Shown here piece by piece: positions 11,904 through 23,900 of a stretch of 56,010 nt of DNA. The notes beneath the pieces are model-generated. The model saw only the letters and a list, made by a program, of their open reading frames with translations, was not told where the DNA came from and made no database searches. This DNA is from Phoronis australis (lineage: Eukaryota > Animalia > Phoronida): NCBI GenBank assembly GCA_002633005.1, contig NMRA01000514.1:256008-312017 (forward strand), given 5' to 3'. Position numbers and translations under genes: made by a program. Position 1 is the first letter of the stretch. The number at the start of each line of letters is the position of its first letter.

Positions 11904-14900
11904 CTACAACAAGCATTAAAACGACTGACAAACCATAAATATAATTACACTATTTCCCTGTGTTTGGTGAACAACTCGTGTAAATGAAAACAAGGTTGAC
12001 CTGATTAAAGTCAAAATGTCAAAGAATATTATCAAATCTAAAATTGAGTTCAACATGAAGCAGATATGATATCAAACATTATATGATTATTTCCATACAC
12101 ATTGTAAAAGCAAAAGGGAAATGTTTTAGAAGATTGTAACAACATTTTTGAAATGTCGTGCTCAAGATTGATAGGAAATAAAGTATGATCATATTATGGG
12201 AACCATGGTTTTATTATCAACGCACCTTTCCTTCTTTCCTAAACCTTAATAACGATATGTTATATATGACTCAAATAATGAAAGCTAACGGTGAAAAATC
12301 GAATTCAGCAGTTCCCTGAATGACACCCTATATGTACATTAACAGGGTTGATGTCCACAGTTCTTAGACATTCTTGATAATACGGAAAATGGTCAACATG
12401 CAAAACCCAAAAAACAAGCGTTGTGCAAGGCGAGCCAAACAGACGCGGTACAGGATGGAAGTATCAAGACACTAACACTTTTAAAACAGGGTTATGTAAT
12501 ACAATCACGTGACTCGTGTTCATGTCGCGGACGTTTGTTTGGAAACTTTCGGTTCGGTGTACAGTAACATAGGCGTCAATCCTTAGAACCTGAAGCACCA
12601 CCAGGGACATTTTTTTTCTATTGTGTGCCAAACGAAAACCACATAGTTATCCATAGGCGTTCTGTTGACACCTGATGGACCGTCGGTTGACCAGACTGAT
12701 GCTGCCATGCGTTTACAATATCGATTGTTGTCGCGTCAGAACGTTGGTTTGCATCTTAACAATACATGTACCTGAATCAAATATCAAGCGAAGATCGGTC
12801 TATACCCCGCCAACTGAATTCGGTCAACTTTTTGTCGCAGTGAGAATAGCCATCAGAAATCAATCTCTTGCGTTTCAGTAATACTTAATATGCACTCAGA
12901 TTTCAACTGACATTTATTCGACCACCTGAGCATACACTGTATGCAGTATATTTATTGAATACATTGCAATGAACATTACTCCTAAAGAGGAACAATCAGA
13001 ACGAACATGTTTAAGACCAGAAACATGTAAAGCATTGCAGATCAGTGGAATGCGACGAGTAACCAGGCACATGCTTCTATATCTGCTGTTTGGAAATACG
13101 GACATTTTCAAACTGAGGTGGGTCACATATACACGCATGCCTGGAGTTACATTTGCTAGCGCGGGTAGATATCTTGTGTATAAGTAGATGTGTTTTTTTG
13201 TGTTTCGTAACCATTTAACTCAACGCAAGGTTGTAAATACGATGAGATACAACGAAAACACAATTCACACAAGGCATTAAAAATATGATGCTAGTTTTCA
13301 ACCACATTGCCGAAGAAACTGATTGAATTATAATACAACATGTAACCAATAAGACGGTTGTCATTATATCAGGTTATTCACTTGAGGTTATAAAGTGTAA
13401 CACGAATAAATATTTTAATAGCAAACATTACTCAAAAGGCGATTGCCTGTTTCACATATTTACCAAAGGAGTTTTACAACTTCCACCTTCTCCACAGAAT
13501 ACATTCATTGCAAATATGATGGGAAGTCTTATGTTCAAGAGCTCAAAATCTCACAATTTGAAACCCCCAAACTGCACTTCTTACTGTATTGTTGAAGTTC
13601 CAGCAAACTCGCCAAAATCACTACGATTCATTTTCCGTTTAAACATATAATAAATGTTTTGAATTATGACTTTGTCTCATCCTTTTCGAAAATAAGAAAT
13701 CTTTTGTTCATTCGTTTAGGTTTTTGTGTTTTGTATAGTGCACACGCTGTTTTTGACGCGCTGCGTCTTGAATAATGTCGTGGTACCCGAAATAAGATTG
13801 TCGTGTGAGGGGTGAACCAAACTCATTGGGTGGGTCCAGACTATAGCGTTTACGTAATATTTACTTTTGTGGTGAAGATCCGCAAGACCACGCATTGTGA
13901 TTTAGTCTTGTCACTTTCATCCCGTTGTCAACCGTCACATCAACATTTTTGAGACGAAAATTCACAACTCGTACAGTGTAGTACTTGATTATGATCAAAC
14001 GAGTTCAATTTCTAAAAAGACGATGAGATTCGACACTTTCCCATGGGCGGCGCAGTACTGAAAAACGTGGGGGCAAATGGGCCCCAGACCCCTGTGGTGC
14101 ACCGCAAATAGACCATGGGGGCGCAACTTTGAAAAAGTGGGTGCAACAGCACACCAGCCACCCTTGATGCGGGGCCCGTGAGATTTTGTGAATGGGAATA
14201 GCCATTGAAAAGGAATATAGGAATATTTTGATAATCAAACATTCCAAATTATAGTTAATAACCAAAAAGAACGAGTCTGGTTGACCCTGATGATGACATC
14301 TATTTTGTGTGAGAATCAGTTTGTATTTCAGCATGAAAGGTTTGCACTTAACCAATTTGCCACCAGGTGAGTGTTTCTACTCAAAAACACGTTCAATACA
14401 TTAGGCCTATGTCTACCTGCAAGCCCTCGTGGCATTAAATTTGAAACACAGTTGGTGTACACATGTGACTACCTTTGTTGTAAAAAAGGGAAAATTTGCT
14501 AGAATAATGAATTCCTAAAAGCTTTCTCAACAATCAAATTTTAAAGACGCTGAACTGTTATATTTGTTCTTTCAGTGGACAAATTTGTCATGGGTCTATA
14601 CTGTTCACATCTACGTCACACAGAGAGGTATTGAAATGTGACAAACGTTTCCATTCCGGTCAACGTCATGATAACCCGTTTATTACGCAGTCCACATCTG
14701 ATATTTTCCCAACAACTTTTACCGTCAGACATATTTAGTCTTTGAATAATTGTTTCGAGGGATGTCGATAATTTTGTCATCGGGTAAATGATTACTTCCC
14801 ACAATAAAAACTAGCAAACTTATGCCCTGTGTAGGGGCGTGTTTCCATTATGCAGTAAGAGAACAAAAATGAAGTAATTTCGGTCAGCAATACACATAGC

Positions 14901-17900
14901 GACTCGGGTGGATCAACAGTGCGTTACGTTTTATATTTCCAGTTCAAAACTTCACCATCAGTTGCATAATTATGAAGTGGTTGACTCAACAGAGCGCGAC
15001 TACATGTACACAGACTTATTATAAACTGGAGCGAGATCTCTTCAATGCCGGTCTGATTTGATATTGTCACGTGATTGAAACGGTGACTAAATATCACAAC
15101 TCGGTGTTATATATTACAAAAGAGAGACATTCATTTCGTGTAGTTAGCGCTATGGAAATGCAAGTAAAAACCAACCCATTGTACAACTCCAGTTTTTAAT
15201 TGTTTAAAGTCGCGTGCACGTCACGTCACGCGCGGTAGAATGCAACCAGAAATGTCAACGTTTACGACAAAATCATATATTGGTGATTAATTGATTTAAA
15301 CATCGAATAATTCAGCCTAGCCACGCGTTGAACGTTCATCTGTGTTGTATAACCACTCGTTCAACCAAACGACCAGCTTGTCATTAATTACCTTATCACG
15401 GACATTCACGTTGGCCCCGTGTTGGATGAGACACTGTACGACGGCTGTATGACCCCACTCTGCTGCCCTGTGCAGCGGTGTCTGACCATCATATGTAATA
15501 TATAATGGAGATGTGTGAATGGACGATGAGCAAATTAACATCCACTGGGGAATGTGAACTTGCAAAGTGACATAAATGAATCATTACTGACCCCTCTAAG
15601 ACGCTATAATACTTGTAATGATGTCATAGTTTTAGAACAAACAACATAGCGTGTTCAGTGTTTCCAGTCTTTGAATGCACAAGCATGTAAAGCAGACGAC
15701 ATTTGACATTATTTAGCGACATTAAATTGTCAACATCAACGTCAACAAAATGTTATTTATAGTTTCAATACTCTTTTGTTTAAACAACTAGTTCAACCAA
15801 ACAACCTGTGTGTCATTACTTTCCTCATCACCTACATCTACACTGGCCTTGTTGGCCAACAGCACCCCCACAGTCTGTGTATGACCACCCTCTGCTGCCA
15901 CGTACAGCGGTGTCCGGTCCAACTATGTAATATATAATGGAGATGTGTGAAAGGACGATCAACTTAAAGAGCAAATCAACATACACGGGGGAATGTGAAC
16001 TTGTAAAGTGACTTAAATAAAACATTACTGACCCCTCTAAGACGCTACAATAATTGTGGTGGTTTTTACTGTTTTTTTAGAACGCTGCTACAATAATTGT
16101 AATGATTTTATAGGTTTAAAAAACACTACGAAGCTGGAAAATCTTTGACGGTTCTCCTACTGAAAGCAGACGACACTTCATTTGACATTGTTTAGCGACA
16201 TTAGATTGTGAAAAATATCAACAAAACGTTCCTTTATAGTTTCAATATTCTTTTGTTTAAACAACTTCAACCAAACAACCTGTGTGTCACTACTTACCTT
16301 ATCACGTACATCTACACTGGCCTCGTTGGCCAACAGCGCCCCCACAGTCTGTGTATGACCACCCTCTGCTGCCACGTACAGCGGTGTCCGGTCCAACTAT
16401 GTAATACATAATGGAGATGTGTGAAAGGACGATCAACTTAAAGAGCAAATCAACATACACGGGGGAATGTGAACTTGTAAAGTGACTTAAATAAAACATT
16501 ACTGACCCCTCTAAGACGCTACAATAATTGTGGTGGTTTTTACTGTTTTTTTTAGAACGCTGCTACAATAATTGTAATGATTTTATAGGTTTAAAAAACA
16601 CTACGAAGCTGGAAAATCTTTGACGGTTCTCCTACTGAAAGCAGACGACACTTCATTTGACATTGTTTAGCGACATTAGATTGTGAAAAATATCAACAAA
16701 ACGTTCCTTTATACTTTCAATATTCTTTTGTTTAAACAACTTCAACCAAACAACCTGTGTGTCACTACTTACCATATCACGTACATCTACACTGGCCTTG
16801 TTGGCCAACAACACCTCCACTGTGTCTGTATCACCACGCTCTGCTGCCACGTACAGCGGTGTCCGGCCAAACTATGTAATATATAATGGAGATGTGTGAA
16901 TGGACGATCAACGCTCAGAGCAATAAAACATACACGGGGCAAAGTGAACTTGTAAAGTGACACAAATTAAACATCACTGAATCCTCTAAGACGCTAAGAT
17001 ACTCGTGATGAATTTTACAGATGACTTTAAAACGTTGCTACAATACATGTAACGGTTTCATAGTTTTAGAACACACAACGGAACCTGTTCAGCGATTCCC
17101 GTCTTTTAGGACTCTTCTGCGGAAAGCAGACGATACTTAAATTGACGTTGTTTAAAAATATGAAATTGTGAAAAATATCAACCACATGTCATTCAAAGTT
17201 TTTTACAATCCTCTGTGTAAACAACAACTTCAACCAAACAACCTGTGTGTCACTACTTACCTCACCACGTACATCTACACTGGCCTCGTTGGCCAACAGC
17301 GCCCCCACAGTCTGTGTATGACCACCCTCTGCTGCCACGTACAGCGGTGTCTGGCCCAACTATGTAATACATAATGGAGATGTGTGAATGGACGATCAAC
17401 GTAAAGAGCAAATCAACATACACGGGGGAATGTGAACTTGTAAAGTGACTTGAATAAAACATTACTGACCCCTCTAAGACGCTACAATAATTGTGGTGGT
17501 TTTTACATTTTTTTAAACGCTGCTACAATACTTGTAATGATATAGTTTTAAAAAACACTACGAAGCTGGAAAATCTTTGGCGGCTCTCCTACTGAAAGCA
17601 GACGACACTTCATTTGACATTGTTTAGCGACATTAGATTGTGAAAAATATCAACAAAATGCTCCTTTATAGTTTCAATATTCTTTTGTTTAAACAACTTC
17701 AACCAAACAACCTGTGTGCCACTACTTACCTTATCACGTATATCTACACTGGCCTTGTTGGCCAACAACACCTCCACTGTGTCTGTATCACCACGCTCTG
17801 CTGCCACGTACAGTGGTGTCTGGCCAAACTACATGTATGTAATATATAATGGAGATGTGTGAATGGACGATCAACGCTCAGAGCAATAAAACATACACGG

Positions 17901-20900
17901 GGCAAAGTGAACTTGTAAAGTGACACAAATTAAACATCACTGAATCCTCTAAGACGCTAAGATACTCGTGATGAATTTTACAGATGACTTTAAAACGTTG
18001 CTACAATACATGTAACGGTTTCATAGTTTTAGAACACACAACGGAACCTGTTCAGCGATTCCCGTCTTTTAGGACTCTTCTGCGGAAAGCAGACGATACT
18101 TAAATTGACGTTGTTTAAAAATATGAAATTGTGAAAAATATCAACCACATGTCATTCAAAGTTTTTTACAATCCTCTGTGTAAACAACAACTTCAACCAA
18201 ACAACCTGTGTGTCACTACTTACCTCACCACGTACATCTACACTGGCCTCGTTGGCCAACAGCGCCCCCACAGTCTGTGTATGACCACCCTCTGCTGCCA
18301 CGTACAGCGGTGTCTGGCCCAACTATGTAATACATAATGGAGATGTGTGAATGGACGATCAACGTAAAGAGCAAATCAACATACACGGGGGAATGTGAAC
18401 TTGTAAAGTGACTTGAATAAAACATTACTGACCCCTCTAAGACGCTACAATAATTGTGGTGGTTTTTACATTTTTTTAAACGCTGCTACAATACTTGTAA
18501 TGATATAGTTTTAAAAAACACTACGAAGCTGGAAAATCTTTGACGGCTCTCCTACTGAAAGCAGACGACACTTCATTTGACATTGTTTAGCGACATTAGA
18601 TTGTGAAAAATATCAACAAAATGCTCCTTTATAGTTTCAATATTCTTTTGTTTAAACAACTTCAACCAAACAACCTGTGTGCCACTACTTACCCTATCAC
18701 GTACATCTACACTGGCTTTGTTGGCCAACAGCACCTCCACAGTCTTTGTATGACCCTGCCATGCTGCCCTTTGCAGCGGCGTCACGTCCCACTATGTAAT
18801 ATATAATGGAGATGTGTGATTGGACGATCAACGTTTAGAGCAAATTAACATACACGGCGGAATGTGAACTTGTAAAGTGACATAAATAAAACATTACTGA
18901 CCCATCTAACACGCTAAAATACGTGTGGTGGTTTTTACAGGTTTTTTAAAACGTTGCTACAATACTTGTAATGATTTTAAAGTTTTAGAACACACTACGA
19001 AGCCGATAAACTCTTGGCGGCTCTCCTACTGAAACCAGACGACACTTAATTTGACATTGTTTAGCGACATTAGATTGTGAAAATTATCAAAAAAATGTTC
19101 CTTTATAGTTTCAATATTCTTTTCTTTAAACAACTTAAACCAAACAACCTGTGTGTCACTACTTACCTCACCATGTACATCCACACAGGTCCTGTTGGCC
19201 AACAACACCTCCACTGTCTGTGTATGACCACTCGCTGCTGCCAAGTGCAGCGGTCTCTTGTCGAACTATGTAATATATAATGGAGATGTGTGAATGGACG
19301 ATCAACGTTTTGAGCTAATTAAGTATCAGTCCACGGATCCACCGACCACTGTACAGCCAACAAGCGGCAAGGTGGGGGGTCAGCCATTCAGATCCATGTT
19401 TAGTCTGATAAATCACATTAGGGATGAGAGAAAATGGGTGAAGTATGACACCACAAAGTTTGGTGGTTTAGGAGATACAAGGGAAGTGTTCTGGGGGGCA
19501 AAATGAGGCAATTTCTTGGTGTGGAATGAGTCATTTTTGACCAAATTTTCTACTCCAGTTTCTGCTTCAAACAGAATCGTTTCTGAAAAATTTTGATGTC
19601 ACATGATTGGTTCATGACCAATGTCAGTAAAAACGGCACCGACACTGCAATATCGGTTACCATGGTAACACTGGAACTGCTTCCGTGGACTCACATTTCC
19701 GTCTTGTGAAAAACCAGCAGTAAGCTGTACCCTTATAGCGAAGCTGCCCCCACGAGAAAACTAAAAATAATAACATGGGCATGTAGAAGACTCCATGCCC
19801 TTGAAATTAATACAATAAAAACTTTGTCAGCCCTTCAGGCAGGCTTGGTAATAGGTGTCTGAATTTCACTATTTTCAGACCGCGTATGTGTATTTGTCAT
19901 GTTAAACCAATCACTAGTTGTGCGCCGTTTCTACGCATTAATATGCCGTGGTATAATACAACAATTAAAACAATTGGTTTGCTTAAATGTTTTTAATTAA
20001 TTTAAGGACACTAGCATTTCCAAATAAAATATGAAATTATACTAAATGTGTTTGTCCAATTCGTCTGAATACCAAACTAAAGCTTACAATGCGTTAGTTG
20101 AATGATGGCTGACCTGAAGTGCGGGTTTGCGAATTTATCTATTTATCTGGCACTGCCAGTCGCATCGAATGTGGTATTTCCTCAAATTGCGGAGAGAAAC
20201 AACTTTGGAAACTCTTGGGAAATGCACAAGGTATAGAGCGAGACATTTGAGCACCTTATAAGAGTGCGTGGAGCTGATGTGGAGATGGAACGTGTCCTCC
20301 TGAGAAGTAGTCTGTCTCAGTGTTTGCCTCGGAGGCAGGTGTGCAGGAGCTACATAATCTACCGTATTAGATGCACTTAACCGAATCATCGTTACAACAC
20401 TCGAGATATATTGGCGTCGCCAAAGACACTGAGAACATCCACTGCACACTAGGGGAGAAATCTGACAGAGGTCTGACAAATGACCAAAGACGTTAAGTCA
20501 AGGTTCAACGTCCAACTTCGTGTGAGCTCAGGTAGGAATCACTAAACTCCAGGGTCCGACCCTGAGGATTCGTAATTGATGTGAATTTATGTTTCCGCAT
20601 TTTATTTACCATTATAGATTTTTGTTTGTAAATGGGTATATATCACAGAAATTTGAGACCCTGTTGCAGTTAGGCTGGTTTTGTTAACTTATCTTTCTGC
20701 CTGGGTTGTAAACCCATATTCTGTCCAGGAGGTAATAAGTTTTGATTTAGACCATTTACCTCTATAAACCTTTGCTCAGTTTGTTCCTTATCCAGATGGG
20801 AAGTGATTTCTGGAATTGTAGCTAATTGACAGTTTGCTATTCCTTGAGACCATGCTGTGTGTATAAAATCACACACTATTGGTGTGGTCTCTAGCAATTG

Positions 20901-23900
20901 CATATTGCCAGTTCTTTCAAAGTTCTGAAATTGCTCAAAGTGACCTGGAAGTAATACCTATTTCGTGATGGTAAAATGTCTTAATCAAAAGTTGTTTTAT
21001 GTGATTTTAGGCGAGTTTATGCCCACTTCAAATGATTTTTTGTTGCAGTACTGAAAAGTGTTGGCACATTAGCTTTGGTGGCTCCTTGTTTTTTTGGCGA
21101 ATTGACCATTTTATGGTTCCCATGGGTAATTTTGTTACTGGTTTAGTATGTATGTACAACTGTAATCGTAGGGCAATTGTAATGCAAACCATGTTGCAAA
21201 AGTATTTTTCATGACCATTTCATTGTAAAATGCTGCCTAATTGGAACCGACAAGCCAATTTTTCATTTTGTGGTGGTTAGTTTTGATAAGAACATTGATG
21301 TGGTAAATACAGCTACCTCAAGTTTGTGAAGAAGAGATTTCCAGTGTTGTCAGCGATATTGCGAAATCACTTTTTCGCAATAAGACTACATCACCTTAAA
21401 TGTAATTCCCTGACTTTATGAACTTTGTGTGATTGACTCTGTCCTGTAGCAATTATAGTGTTGAAAAGAGCTGGAAGGCAATTTTTTATTAGAGTCATAA
21501 CATTTGCACTTTTGACTGTACAGTTATTTTTGCATTGTATTCCGAAAACATATTTTGTAGTACACAAGTCTCTAGTTGGTATTTTATATTTTTTCACAAG
21601 GAATATTTTCAACTTAGATGAGTTGTGTGGGAGGTAGACAATTTTCAAATAAGATAATGAATAAAATTGTCAAACATTGTTTTATTTTTTAGATGTGTGA
21701 TCTTCCAATAAATTATTACTTTTAAAAAAACTGTGCAGAATTTGATTTTCTCTCTTTATTTGAAGGAGAATAAATCCATAAACCTGCATTGTCTAGAAAT
21801 TTTACTCAAACTACATATTACAAGGTTGGGGATTGGAATCTTAATACAACAGAGTCTGAACCCGTACCATGAGCAATACAACACAATACACGGATTAAAA
21901 ATTTGGTGTTTAGGTTCCACGGAAAGGATTCGTGTGCGCGGTAATAGTTACTAAGGTGCGTGGTCATTGTTTGTGGATACTTTGGGATTTCTCTTCTGTG
22001 GTCATCCACGGGAAACCTGGTCGCATAGAGAACAATAGATTAGCATCTTCATTGTTCCCGTTGTTATAATAAAGATATAATGAGCACTTATCGGCAACGG
22101 TCTGATGTACGCAAGGTTCTATATCCATGCGACCTGTGTTGTTCCATCCAACAATGACACAACAAAGGAAAACAATGATAGGACCGATGGGCGAAAAACA
22201 TGCGGCGAGTTGCCACGGACAGTGGTGGAGTTTGTCTTGTCATTCGATTGTTTTTAGAGAACTGCAAACCCGGTACTTCGTCAGGAAAATTTCTGCGGTC
22301 TGTTGTTTTAAGACGTGGGAAAAATTGCGGTCATGCAACCAAACTTATCATTCATTTGATATTACAATGCATTGCATGAACATTTGATCAACAGAAAATC
22401 TGACTTGAATATGTGTGAAGAAATACCCACGAGGAAATTGTAAAGTTAAACAACTGTAAATCAAAATAACCTACATTTGTCGAGTTCATGTCTAACCCTG
22501 TTCACTGTGGAGGACATAATCGGCTTTTTACAAAATGGGTCCATGTATGGTATTTAGGGGTACTGTAGCCCTAAGTGGTAAGTAGTAAAACGTTCAAAAC
22601 ATTCAGGAGGAACTAACTAGTTGCAAAATATCGAAAAACATGAAGGACAATCGGATTTTACGGTGCTCACGCATCGGTCTCAGATATATGAAAATTTCTC
22701 ATTTTAGTACATTTGAGGTACCAAAATGTATAACTAATAAACTGGCTGACAAAGTTTTTATTTTATGAAATGAAAGTAACATGTTTTGTGAACATTTTGG
22801 CTGAGTTTCATTCTCATAACAGTGGGGGCAGATTTGGTACAGCAGTGTACTGAACACAACCTCAAAATGGCATAACGGGNAACTCTAGACACTTCTGTGT
22901 ATTCATTAGTTTATATGCCCTCATGCATTAAACTTGAGTTGTTGCTAACCTGAATTTTAATTTTTGCAATCCCTAAAAATCTTGCACAGTTTTGGTGATC
23001 GGTACCTTGCATTAAATTAAAATCAATTTTTAACATATAATAATGCCACACGCGGTGGAGTGCAACCAGAAATGTCAGCGTTTACGACAAAATCACATAT
23101 TGGTGTTTAATTGATTTAAACATCGAATAATTCAGCCTAGCCACGCGTTGTACGTTCATCTTTGTTCTATAACCACTCGTTCAACCAAACTACCAGTTTG
23201 TCATTAATTACCTCATCACGGACATTCACGTTGGCGCAGTGTTGGATGAGACACTGTACGACGGCTGTATGACCCTCCCTTGCTGCCCTGTGCAGCGGTG
23301 TACAGTCATCCTATGTAATATATAATGGAGATGTGTGAATGGACGATGAGCAAATTAACATCCACGGGGGAATGCGAACTTGCAAAGTGACATGAATGAA
23401 TCATTACTGACCCCTCTAAGACGCTATAATACTTGTAATGATGTCATAGTTTTAGAACAAATAACATAGCGTGTTCAGTGTTTCCAGTCTTTGAATGCAC
23501 AAGCATGTAAAGCAGACGACATTTGACATTATTTAGCGACAATTAATATCAACAAAATGTTACTTTATAGTTTTAATATTCTTTTGTTTAAACAACTAGT
23601 TCAACCAAACAACATGTGTGTCATTACTTACCTTATCACTTACATCTACACTGGCCTCGTTGGCCAGCAGCACCTCCACTGCCTGTGTATGACCACCCTC
23701 TGCTGCCACGTACAGCGGTGTCTTGCCCAACTATGTAATATATAATGGAGATGTGCGAATGGACGTTTAGAACAAATTAACATACACGGGGGAAAGTAAA
23801 TTTGTAACGTGACATAAATAAAACATTACTGACCCCTCTAAGACACTACAATACTTGTAATGAATTGTTACAGGTGATTTTAAAACGTTGCAGTAACAAC

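Larger units (their letters stand above)
15225..19322. repeat. Tandem array of ~430-495 bp exon+intron cassettes (9 exons), including a 963-bp two-exon higher-order repeat
   Basis: Exon-start spacings 432, 474, 475, 488, 469, 494, 469, 474; shared intron text such as ACATTACTGACCCCTCTAAGACGCTA. Confidence 0.95.

Noticed and set aside
12540-12675. Ankyrin-like fragments GLTPMLL and NRTPMD on the minus strand
   Set aside because: Too short, no continuing consensus and no 99-bp exon structure
15828-18425. Repeated minus-strand ORFs MFYLSHFTSSHSPVYVDLLF...
   Set aside because: Intron plus out-of-frame read-through of the ankyrin exons
16208-19280. Repeated plus-strand Cys-rich ORFs (MKNINK...LCCHVQRC) resembling a small peptide family
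   Set aside because: Antisense shadows of the ankyrin cassettes; they start at GTG and the splice signals support the minus strand
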